Below, piece after piece: positions 26,799 to 35,285 of a stretch of DNA of 64,000 nucleotides. Location of the stretch: the IMG/VR virus record IMGVR_UViG_3300015360_000026. The stretch is one strand, 5' to 3'. This DNA is from an uncultured virus (IMG/VR IMGVR_UViG_3300015360_000026). Its lineage: Duplodnaviria; Heunggongvirae; Uroviricota; Caudoviricetes. Position numbers and translations under genes: made by a program. Each line of letters begins with the position of its first letter. Within the stretch, counting starts at the first letter, position 1. Below the pieces are notes generated by a model. The model was not told where the DNA came from, did no database searches, and saw only the letters and a program-made list of their open reading frames with translations.

Positions 26799-27590
26799 TC
26801 AGGAGATTGGTCCGCCGTTGCGGACGATGATCTTCGGGTCTGCCTTCGTCTGCTCCAGGAGCTTCCTGTTCTGGGGGATGCGATTGATCTGCATCTGGCA
26901 CTTCGGGTGGTCCATGTGGTAGACCGTCGGGTCGGTGAGCACCCGGTAGCGGACGCCCGCCCGGAAGCACCGCAGGCCGAACTCCTGGTCCTCGGCACCC
27001 GAGCCAAGCATCTCCTCCCACATGCCGCCGACGGACTTGGCGATTGCAGTGGGTAAACCCAGGTGGCACGTCCACAGGTAGCCCTGGATCTCCCACTTGT
27101 TATCCCGCACCAGCTCGGCCATCCGCCGCTGGTGCTTGGCCTCGTGCCGCTGCTCGGGCCGAGCCGGGACCAACCGCTTGATGTCGGCCAGGTGCCGGTC
27201 GGTGAGCTGCTTGACAACTTCGAGGGCCACGAACCGACGGAAGCCAATGACGCCACCGTTGCCCCCGACGGTCGCGTGGCGGGCCACCAGGTCAGCCGGG
27301 CACAGGCAATCGTCGTCGACGATAAGCAGGCGAGGTGCCTCGGAGTGCTTGATGCCGACATTGCGGGTCGCGGCGGCTCCGCACGGCTGGTGGCCGGGCT
27401 CGCGAGTCCAGTGGTGCTGGATGCGGAGCCGGTTCTTGAAGCGTTCGACGAGTTCAATCGTACTTGTGTCGCCGCCGTCGTTTACCACATGAACCTGGAA
27501 GTCCTTCTCCGACTGGAGGGCTAGGCTCTTGAGAGTCTTCTCCAGATAGAAGTTCTTCTTGTGCGTCGCGATGACCACGGAGACCTTCAT
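26799..27590 (-). CDS. glycosyltransferase family 2
   Basis: VSVVIATH, VVNDGG, ATRNVG, IVDDDC, GAEDQEFG.R. Confidence 0.92.
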   Translation of the reverse strand: MKVSVVIATHKKNFYLEKTLKSLALQSEKDFQVHVVNDGGDTSTIELVERFKNRLRIQHHWTREPGHQPCGAAATRNVGIKHSEAPRLLIVDDDCLCPADLVARHATVGGNGGVIGFRRFVALEVVKQLTDRHLADIKRLVPARPEQRHEAKHQRRMAELVRDNKWEIQGYLWTCHLGLPTAIAKSVGGMWEEMLGSGAEDQEFGLRCFRAGVRYRVLTDPTVYHMDHPKCQMQINRIPQNRKLLEQTKADPKIIVRNGGPIS

Positions 27591-27765
27591 AGCCGACCTT
27601 CTTGTAGCCCAACGCCTTGGCGACGTTGAGGACGTCGATGAACGACGGGAACCGCACCTTCTTCTCGACCATGAAGCGTCGCACCGCCTGCATGAACTCG
27701 ATCTCGTCGGGCGTGTACTCCGAGCCGACGGAGGTCTTGCTCAGCCCGTGGTTGGCGTCCGCCAT
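27454..27765 (-). CDS. small planctomycete-type conserved protein
   Basis: EYTPDEIEFMQAV.RF......FPS..DVL.V..ALGYKK; 3' end overlaps the GT2 gene, end uncertain. Confidence 0.6.
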   Translation of the reverse strand: MADANHGLSKTSVGSEYTPDEIEFMQAVRRFMVEKKVRFPSFIDVLNVAKALGYKKVGYEGLRGHRDAQEELLSGEDSQEPSPPVGEGLPGSCGKRRRRHKYD

Positions 27766-28337
27766 CACGCCCTCCAGCGAGTGACCCCGCCAGCCGTGTG
27801 CGTGAACGTCGAGGTGACCCCGCTGGCCAACTGCATCGACGACGGCGGCTGCCCAAAGACGACGCACCAGTAGATCCACCCCTTGGCCGACACGGCAACC
27901 CCAAATCCAACATTCCAGTAGGCGGGGTTGAGAATGTTGTTGCGGTGCGGCGGTGAACCGATCCAGTCCCGGAACACGGACGCGGGCGTCGTCTGCCCGG
28001 CGGCGATGTTCTCGCCGCACGAGCGGTACAGGTAGCCCGCCGTTGCAATGCGGTCGCTGACCACCGGCTCGCCCGGCAACTGGTGCGACATGCGGTCGGC
28101 CTTGGCCATCGCGTCAGCGTGGACCTGGGCTGCCGTGCACAGCTTGCCGTTGAGCGACAGGATCGAGACGCGGCGTTCCGCCCGGTAGTCGTTGTGGAGA
28201 ATGAGCAGCTTCGCCGCCGTCTCGTTGGCCGAGGGCGGTTGAGTCGGCCACGGGTTGGTGTTGGGAGGCAGTGGCTCGGGTCGCTTGCCGAAGAGAACCC
28301 AGGCAAACCACTCACGCCACGTCATGCTGTTGTCCAC
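27765..28337 (-). CDS. CAP/SCP domain protein
   Basis: HN.YR, AAQ.HA..MA, GENIA.GQ, W..SP.HR.NIL, YW..VFG. Confidence 0.92.
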   Translation of the reverse strand: MDNSMTWREWFAWVLFGKRPEPLPPNTNPWPTQPPSANETAAKLLILHNDYRAERRVSILSLNGKLCTAAQVHADAMAKADRMSHQLPGEPVVSDRIATAGYLYRSCGENIAAGQTTPASVFRDWIGSPPHRNNILNPAYWNVGFGVAVSAKGWIYWCVVFGQPPSSMQLASGVTSTFTHTAGGVTRWRA

Positions 28338-28359
28338 GTTCGCCTCCTTGCGAGTTAGA

Positions 28360-28710
28360 TCAGCAACTCTTGAACTCTCCGTCGACGAGGTGCCCGTGCC
28401 AGCCGCAGCAGCCTTTGCACAGGATCGACGGAGACAGCGTTAGCGTGGAAGGATCTTCCAGTGACCCCTTCACGGCGTCCCAGCTCGGCGGGGGCTCGGG
28501 CTTGGGGTGCCCGACAATAATCCCGCCCACGTCGCCGCACCCAGGACAGGCGAAGGTGAGGAAGCCCCCACGACCCTGGTCGGGGTGACCCTCGCACGAC
28601 CCCGGCTCGGCGTACCGCTGAGCCATCAGATCCTTCTCGGGATCGTCGTCGGGTGACTTGACGACGATCGCCCTGACAGTTCGTTTCACGTCGACGAGCG
28701 GACGTTCCAT
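28360..28710 (-). CDS. Cys/His metal-binding protein (DUF6527-like)
   Basis: FACPGCG...W...TLSPSIL...CGWHGHL.DG. Confidence 0.65.
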   Translation of the reverse strand: MERPLVDVKRTVRAIVVKSPDDDPEKDLMAQRYAEPGSCEGHPDQGRGGFLTFACPGCGDVGGIIVGHPKPEPPPSWDAVKGSLEDPSTLTLSPSILCKGCCGWHGHLVDGEFKSC

Positions 28711-28748
28711 GTCAACTCCTTATGGGAACCAGAGTCACGGCCAGCTCC

Positions 28749-29528
28749 TTATAGGCCGGTCACCCACTTCAGCCAGAACTTGCACTGGCTAAAGTGTAGG
28801 ACGATCGTCTCGGGCTCGCGGGCGTGCCACTTAGCCACCTCCGTGTCGAGCCAGGTGTGCATGTCGGTGGAGGCCGGGTCGTCCGTCCCGACGATCCGGT
28901 TCCACCCCGGACGGTCAAGGACGCGGTGGCCGTAGTCCCGCTTCCGCAGTGCCCAGATCAACGCCCCTTCGTCCTGCCACGTCACCAGCTGCCTCGCCCG
29001 GCCGACCGTGCCCTCGTGGCACATCCGCGTCCACTGCATGAGGAGGTCGGCGTCACGATCAGGGTCGAGACCAACCACGCCGTTGTTGGGCGGGTAGGGG
29101 ATCTCGTGCAGGACGGGGAACAGCTCGTACAGTGAGGGGTCATTAGGTAGCGGGTAGGCCGTGTCGTACGTGTGACGCACCGCAAACGACCCGTTAGCCG
29201 CCAATTCATCCAGGATCGCGTCTAAGGGCCTCAAAATGACGCAATCGGCATCCAGCCACAAACACTGGTCGAGGCCGCTGTAGGCCATCCAGACGGGCTT
29301 GTTCCAGATCTGCCACAATTCATGCCCCACAGGAACCGCCAGGAGGCAGTCGTGGGGCTTGGGCTTCACGGTCACGCCACGGCGTCGCAGCCACTCTCCC
29401 TGGGTATCCGTCAGGCCGAGGTCGGTTACAACGACCGAGGTTGCAGGCGAGTTACCCGCAAGGGAGGTGACCAGGCACTGGAGCGGCCGGAAGTATTCCG
29501 AGTCGGCCGCTGTCACGACACCACGCAT
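28749..29528 (-). CDS. GT8-like glycosyltransferase
   Basis: DLGLT, W.KP, LWLDADC, N.GV, QDEGAL, HF. Confidence 0.78.
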   Translation of the reverse strand: MRGVVTAADSEYFRPLQCLVTSLAGNSPATSVVVTDLGLTDTQGEWLRRRGVTVKPKPHDCLLAVPVGHELWQIWNKPVWMAYSGLDQCLWLDADCVILRPLDAILDELAANGSFAVRHTYDTAYPLPNDPSLYELFPVLHEIPYPPNNGVVGLDPDRDADLLMQWTRMCHEGTVGRARQLVTWQDEGALIWALRKRDYGHRVLDRPGWNRIVGTDDPASTDMHTWLDTEVAKWHAREPETIVLHFSQCKFWLKWVTGL

Positions 29529-29553
29529 GGGTACTCACTCCTAAAACCGGAAT

Positions 29554-30114
29554 CTAGATGTCGACGACCCAGCACGACCCCTTGACCGTCCGGTTGGGGA
29601 GCAGCTCGTCGACGGCCTTGATCACGCCGGGGTCCTCGGGCCGGTAGTCGTGGCCGCACAGCCAACCGCCGGACTTGACCTTGGGCATCCACGCCAGGAT
29701 GTCGGCCTTGACGAAATCGTAGGTGTGGTCGCCGTCGATGAACACAACATCCTGGGAGCCGTCCGCGAATGTCGCTGCGGCTTGCACGCTAGAGAGCTGC
29801 ATGGGGTGCACGTGCGAGCCGACGCCACCCTTAATCATGTTGTTGATAAACGCCGGGCACATGTCGCCGGGGATGTCGATCCCCCACGGGGCACTGTTGG
29901 TGGCCATGATCCCGGTCCACGTGTCCACAGCGTAGATGGTGGGCTGCTTGCCGAGGTTGATGATCTCGACGGCCAAGAAGGCGGCACTGCGGCCGAGCCA
30001 CGAGCCGACCTCGACGACGCTGCCGTTGGCGGGCACCCGCCGGGCGATCTCCCGGTAGAGGTCGAACAGCGGGCCGTCCGAGAAACCCGGAATGGTCTCG
30101 AAGAAATGGTTCAT
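29554..30114 (-). CDS. class I methyltransferase (Methyltransf_24-like)
   Basis: VEVGSWLGRS, VFIDGDHTY...D..AW..KVK.GG.L.GHDY. Confidence 0.9.
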   Translation of the reverse strand: MNHFFETIPGFSDGPLFDLYREIARRVPANGSVVEVGSWLGRSAAFLAVEIINLGKQPTIYAVDTWTGIMATNSAPWGIDIPGDMCPAFINNMIKGGVGSHVHPMQLSSVQAAATFADGSQDVVFIDGDHTYDFVKADILAWMPKVKSGGWLCGHDYRPEDPGVIKAVDELLPNRTVKGSCWVVDI

Positions 30115-31232
30115 TAGTTTGAGATCCCCTCGAAAGTAACACACGCCTTCTCGCCGCCCAGCGGGATGTGGTGCTTCAACCAAATGCGGAGTTCGAGACC
30201 GATCGCAGAGTCCAGTTCCATGACCGACGTCGTCTGCCCGTACGAGAACCGGAACTGCATGCGTTGCTGCGTGATCCCCCGGCCGTTCGCCCCGACGATC
30301 ACCGGGCACAAGGGGAACGACCCCTGCGTGTAGTTGATCAGGTCGTCCGCATTCTTGAAATACTGCCGCGTCCCCGGCACTTCGAGCTTCGGCCCGGCAG
30401 GCTGCCCCAGTGCCTGCGGGTAGATGAACGCGGCCGTGATGATCGAGTCGTCGAACGACAGGTCCACGGAGATGTTCATCTCGAACGCCGTCAGCGTGAG
30501 CACCTTACCGGCAGCCGGGGCGGCGATGAACGTGCTGCCGGAGTCCGCCGGGCTGTAGTGGTAGTCGCACGCGATCGCCAAGCCGTTCGCCGGGGCGGTG
30601 AAGAACGTGATGGTCCCGGCCGCGTAGTCGATCGTGTAGTCGCCGCCCGTGGCCATGCCGTACTCGCGTTCCGTCTTGACCACGCCGTCGACTCGGACCA
30701 CGGGGACGTACGAGCCGTCGTCCGGGGTGAAGATGTAGTCCTCGTCCGAGATCTTGCCATGGCTCAGGTCGATGACGAACGGGTGATCCAGGTTGAACGT
30801 GACCGTGGAACCGTCTCCGGTTCCAACGGCCTCACCGCTGACCTCGACAGACTCCGTGAACCACGTCGTCTTGTCCGTGAAGTCCTGGGAGAAGACCATC
30901 GCCCGCGTGCCCACCGATACGGGCTTCTGCCAGACGAACTGCGGCGTCTCGAACGAGACCGACTGGATGTCGCCGGGCGTGGGCGTGTTGTCGTGGGCCG
31001 CGATCAAGCCGCCCTTGGGGTGCCCGGCTACGTCGTTATCGAGGATCGTCTTGTCGCCAGACGGGAGGGCATCCCTGAACAGCACAAGTACGTCGTCGCC
31101 ACTCGTCCCGACGCTGTCGAGGGCGATGGAGATGGCCGATGCCCGGATCTCGGCGTCGAACTTCGACGGGTTGATCGCCCCGTCGGGGAAGTCATCGGCG
31201 ATCGAGTACGTGTACGTGGTTGGCGTGGGCAT
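30114..31232 (-). CDS. virion structural protein (tail-associated)
   Basis: acidic, beta-rich; GTGDGSTVTF, DYTIDYAAGTITF..AP. Confidence 0.7.
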   Translation of the reverse strand: MPTPTTYTYSIADDFPDGAINPSKFDAEIRASAISIALDSVGTSGDDVLVLFRDALPSGDKTILDNDVAGHPKGGLIAAHDNTPTPGDIQSVSFETPQFVWQKPVSVGTRAMVFSQDFTDKTTWFTESVEVSGEAVGTGDGSTVTFNLDHPFVIDLSHGKISDEDYIFTPDDGSYVPVVRVDGVVKTEREYGMATGGDYTIDYAAGTITFFTAPANGLAIACDYHYSPADSGSTFIAAPAAGKVLTLTAFEMNISVDLSFDDSIITAAFIYPQALGQPAGPKLEVPGTRQYFKNADDLINYTQGSFPLCPVIVGANGRGITQQRMQFRFSYGQTTSVMELDSAIGLELRIWLKHHIPLGGEKACVTFEGISN

Positions 31233-31786
31233 TAGTTAGTGACCTCCTGAACCAGCAAGGCTGCGTGCTCCTCAAGCGGTGCACCCGTGACCGGTCGAAT
31301 CTGTCCGGTGTTCGCAGACACCTTCCACTGGATCTTGACGGTGTGACTACCGGCCGAGACGCTTGGGATGCGAAGCACCATGGCCCCGGAATCGGCGATG
31401 CTCGACCCAGGCGGGCGGACCATGGCCCCCATGTACGACGTGCCGTCAAACAGGACACTGAAGCTGATCGCCCGGTTAGCACTTGAGTTGCTGGCACTGA
31501 ACGTGAACCAGATCAACAGGTCGCAGGCACCTGTGGTGAGCGTAAGGGTCACGCCGGTCAGGTCCGTGAACGTCGTCGACGTCGTCGTGGTGTCTGACGT
31601 TATCCGAACGAACGAGGTCTGTATCGCGAGACTGAGGTTGCCGCCGTACTGCCGCCACTTGGAGTTGACGGCGTCGTAAACGTACGTCTTCCCGGTAGCC
31701 GAGTCGTGGTACGTCTGGCCCCCGACCGGTGAACCGGGGGCAGACGTACGCGACACCTCGTTGGTCGTACCGAGTTGCTTCGGCAT
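31232..31786 (-). CDS. tail fibre-like protein
   Basis: APGSPVGGQTYHDS; FTDLTG; AGSHTVKIQWK. Confidence 0.7.
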   Translation of the reverse strand: MPKQLGTTNEVSRTSAPGSPVGGQTYHDSATGKTYVYDAVNSKWRQYGGNLSLAIQTSFVRITSDTTTTSTTFTDLTGVTLTLTTGACDLLIWFTFSASNSSANRAISFSVLFDGTSYMGAMVRPPGSSIADSGAMVLRIPSVSAGSHTVKIQWKVSANTGQIRPVTGAPLEEHAALLVQEVTN

Positions 31787-31799
31787 CTCTCACCCCCGG

Positions 31800-33077
31800 T
31801 TAGCCGATCACAACAACGCGGTACTGGTTGGTCGTCGGTGCCACGGCGAACGTGACGTCGACGTTGTTGGCGTCCGTCACGACCCAGTCGGTGATCACGC
31901 CCGCACCGCCCGACACCGTGAACACCTGCACGATCACGTCCGTGGTGCCCAGTGCGTGGTTGACGGTGATCGTCGTGAGTGAGCCGTTGCCCACGCTGGC
32001 GGCGAACTTACCCGTGGCACCGAGGTTCGTGCGGGCACCGGCAGCCGTACCCGAGCCCGTGCCACCCCGAGTAACAGCGAGGTTGGCCTCACTCGACAGC
32101 GTGCCCGAGCCGTTGTTGATGACGACGTGGTCGGCCGTACCGTTGGCGATCTTGGTCCGAGCGATGGCTGCGGCCGTGGCGACCTCGGCGTTGGTCACGC
32201 CGAGGGCCTTGATGGAGAACGTGTTGCCCGTCAGCGTCAGCGAGACCTCGTCCGCGACGTAGGACGTGCCGGACGAGAACGTGATGAAGGTCAGCCCGTC
32301 CGTGCCCACCACCGCCGAGCCGGTGTCGTTGGTGCAGACGAACGCCTTGTCGGCGTTGACCGTGCCCTTCTGGACCCAGAACGCGACCGACGCGGCGTCC
32401 GAGCCCGTGGGGAGGTCCGTCGCACGGGTCCAGGCACCCGCAGCGGCGACGTAGACGCCATCCTGCGACCCGGTCGACTGGCCGGTCGCCGCAACCCGCT
32501 CACCCGCCGAGACCGTGTAGCCGTCGATCGTGAGCAGGCCCGTGAGGGCGATGTTGGTCGTGGCGATGACGACGACGGGCTGGAGCCACTTGGTGCCGTT
32601 GATCAGGTTGTCGACATAGCTCTTGGTGACCGCGTCCGTGGCGTTGGTCACCGTGCCCGAGAGCGTCACACCCGACGAGCTGCCCGAGCCCGCGAAGGTG
32701 CCAATGCCCGCCGCGAAGTTGCCCGAACCGTCCCGGAGCACGATCGTCGAGGCCGTGTTCAAGGCGGTGGCGGCTGCGAGCTTGGTGAAGTCCGAGGACG
32801 ACATGTAGCCGTTCTGGGAACCACTCGAAGCCTGCACCGTCAGGATCGGGGCGAGTGACGTGCCCGAGTTGGTGATCGGGGCCGTGACCGAGGTGCCCGT
32901 CGCCCAGATGTCGTCGAGGCGGACCCAGCGGGAGCTGTTCCACAGGCGGAAGTAGCCGAGCACTGTGTCGTAGTAGATCTGGCCGACCACCGGCGAGCCG
33001 GGGGCCGAGGCCAGGTTCTGGACGCGAGCGTTTTGCAGCTCGTTCTGGTTCAGGTTGATGTTGTTGAGGAACAGCAT
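31800..33077 (-). CDS. tail fibre / head fibre protein
   Basis: LASAPGSPVVGQIYYDT, DAVTKSYVD, NIALTG..TIDG...GERV...Q...QDGVY....W.RA.D, GGTG.....ARTNLG. Confidence 0.8.
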   Translation of the reverse strand: MLFLNNINLNQNELQNARVQNLASAPGSPVVGQIYYDTVLGYFRLWNSSRWVRLDDIWATGTSVTAPITNSGTSLAPILTVQASSGSQNGYMSSSDFTKLAAATALNTASTIVLRDGSGNFAAGIGTFAGSGSSSGVTLSGTVTNATDAVTKSYVDNLINGTKWLQPVVVIATTNIALTGLLTIDGYTVSAGERVAATGQSTGSQDGVYVAAAGAWTRATDLPTGSDAASVAFWVQKGTVNADKAFVCTNDTGSAVVGTDGLTFITFSSGTSYVADEVSLTLTGNTFSIKALGVTNAEVATAAAIARTKIANGTADHVVINNGSGTLSSEANLAVTRGGTGSGTAAGARTNLGATGKFAASVGNGSLTTITVNHALGTTDVIVQVFTVSGGAGVITDWVVTDANNVDVTFAVAPTTNQYRVVVIG

Positions 33078-33104
33078 GCGAAAAGCCTCCGTGCTTTCGA
33101 GAAG

Positions 33105-33452
33105 TTAGTTGATGTAAGCCTTACCACCGAACGCCGCCGAGAACGTCACCGTGAGCTGGGCGTTGCTCACGTACCGCACCTCCCCGAAGACGAGCGTCCC
33201 GGCACTGTCGACGACGGAGACGGATGGGAATCTACCCAAATTGTGGTTCACGGTCCATACCGCCGCCGGGACGGCCTGCGTGTGGATGTACGAGACGTTG
33301 CCCCCGCCGCCACTCGCAACCAACGCGATCAGGTTGGCCAGGTTGAGCTGCGACGCATCGCCGTCGCCGGGCCTGTCCGTAGCGATGGAGACCTGCGTCG
33401 TATCGACGGTGTTGACATCGGGTAGGTCGCGGATTCGCGTCGCCTTGGCCAT
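33105..33452 (-). CDS. virion structural protein
   Basis: YIHTQ...AAVW.VNHNLGRFPSV.VVDS.G. Confidence 0.75.
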   Translation of the reverse strand: MAKATRIRDLPDVNTVDTTQVSIATDRPGDGDASQLNLANLIALVASGGGGNVSYIHTQAVPAAVWTVNHNLGRFPSVSVVDSAGTLVFGEVRYVSNAQLTVTFSAAFGGKAYIN

Positions 33453-33464
33453 TTCGTCCCTCGG

Positions 33465-35285
33465 TTAGGAGTGGCCCTCGCCCGTCAGACCCTGAGCGGC
33501 TTGACGGGCTTTGTTAGTCTGGTGATGGAGTTCATCGCGTGCGGGTGCTTGACCGCCAGTGAGCTTGTTCCAAGCGTCGGAGATGGCTCCGGGGTTCTGC
33601 TGGATGCGGGGATAAGCCGCCAAGCCCGCACCACCCGCCATTATCAGCGGGTTACCAGTCAGCATCCCGAGCCCGCCGAGACCCATACCGCCCAACGCCA
33701 TTCCCCGCTGCCCGCCCGTCATGTTCTCGGTGTCGTACCCCAGAGCTTTCAAGAACGGGTTACCGACGTTACCCACCCGCTGGCCGATCTGGTACCGGAT
33801 CTCCTGGGTCGGGTCGAACTGGCCCTCCTCGTTGAGGAAGCCACGCTCGTGCATGTACTTGTCCGCGTCCCGTGCTATGTTCGCCTGCAACGTCGGGTAG
33901 TCCTGCTCGATGAAGGTCTTCTTCAGGTCGTTGATCTTGTTGTCGACGTCGCCGGCGACCTGGTCATGCAGAGAACCATAGGCCGTTCCGCCCAAAGCAG
34001 CAGCCCCCGTCCCGAGCGTCAACCCCTGCCCCGCCCGGAAGCCGAGCTTCCTGGCCCCGGACAAACCGGCGGCACCGCTCTGGTATGCACCTTTGCCCCA
34101 CAGGAAGTGCCCGGCACGACTAAACGGGTCCATGACGCCCTGACCCATCCGCGTCATCGCGTTCGACGGAGCCTCCAGGGCGGTCGTGACACCCCGACTC
34201 AGCATGCTAGGTTCCACGGGCGTCGTCCCCGCCGCTCGTGCCGCTGCGTTCGTCCGAACCAAAGACGAGTTGCGTGCAGCAGCGACGTTGCCCCCCAGGC
34301 CAGTCATCAAACCGGCTCGACTCAGGCGACGGCTCCACTTCTCAGGGTCGTTCGGGTCACCGTTACCTGTCATGTCGCCGAGCTGGTCCATGCCGAACCC
34401 GATATTGGTCCCGGCAAACGACTGAGCCAACGGACGCCACAGCGTCTGACCCGTCGCCGAGTTGCGGAATCCTCGGTTGCCCATCAACGCACCGCCGGCA
34501 ATGCCCAGCGGATTGATCCTCCAACTTCGCCAGCCGCCCTCGGGTTGGCCAGTGGCCGGGTCAATCCCCGGACTACCAAGGGTGAAACTACCCTCCCCGC
34601 CGCCCATCGCGTTGGCCGTCATGTTGCCTTGCAAGCCACCGAAGGTCATCTGCATGCCACTACCGGACATGTTCGCCCGCGTTCGACCGGCGGCAGTCGC
34701 CGCACGGGGGAGCGTGGCAGCCTCGGTGATGTTGAGACCCGAGTTGTCTTTACCGTGTGTTGCCGGACGCGGAGACACGATCTTCGGACCCATACCCGGC
34801 GTCGGAGCACCCCGTGTGCCGGTCCGCATCAAGGGCTTGGTCGACGACGCACCAGGACGGACCAGTCCGCCCAGCCACTTCGCACCCGACACCAGGGTCT
34901 CCTTGCTGGGCCAGACGGCGTCCTTCTCGAACGCCTGCTTCTGCCCGAACATGCTGCCTAGGCCCTGGGCCATCTGCTGCCCGCCCATCATCGACCAACC
35001 CGACGGGGCGTACTGCGACGCCAGCTGCTGAGCCGACCCGGCAGCCTGCTCATTGGCCACCTCGGACGTTGCCTTCATCGACTTCGGACCGGTTATGGAC
35101 ATCGGCGGCGGGGCCAGCGACGCCGCCCCGGTATTCTTGTTGACGCTGACCTCACCCATCCCCTGCGGGTGTGTCGCCTGAGCCACCTGGGTCTTCTGAC
35201 TCACCTGATTCTTGCCCGTCGGCAGCGTACCGGGGGACGGAGCGGTCGGTGCGGTCTTGGGCTTCTCCTGCTTGCCGCCCACCAT
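33465..35285 (-). CDS. Gly/Ala-rich probable internal virion protein
   Basis: 606 aa; KQAFEKDA; Gly-zipper segments; no SD before ATG. Confidence 0.65.
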   Translation of the reverse strand: MVGGKQEKPKTAPTAPSPGTLPTGKNQVSQKTQVAQATHPQGMGEVSVNKNTGAASLAPPPMSITGPKSMKATSEVANEQAAGSAQQLASQYAPSGWSMMGGQQMAQGLGSMFGQKQAFEKDAVWPSKETLVSGAKWLGGLVRPGASSTKPLMRTGTRGAPTPGMGPKIVSPRPATHGKDNSGLNITEAATLPRAATAAGRTRANMSGSGMQMTFGGLQGNMTANAMGGGEGSFTLGSPGIDPATGQPEGGWRSWRINPLGIAGGALMGNRGFRNSATGQTLWRPLAQSFAGTNIGFGMDQLGDMTGNGDPNDPEKWSRRLSRAGLMTGLGGNVAAARNSSLVRTNAAARAAGTTPVEPSMLSRGVTTALEAPSNAMTRMGQGVMDPFSRAGHFLWGKGAYQSGAAGLSGARKLGFRAGQGLTLGTGAAALGGTAYGSLHDQVAGDVDNKINDLKKTFIEQDYPTLQANIARDADKYMHERGFLNEEGQFDPTQEIRYQIGQRVGNVGNPFLKALGYDTENMTGGQRGMALGGMGLGGLGMLTGNPLIMAGGAGLAAYPRIQQNPGAISDAWNKLTGGQAPARDELHHQTNKARQAAQGLTGEGHS

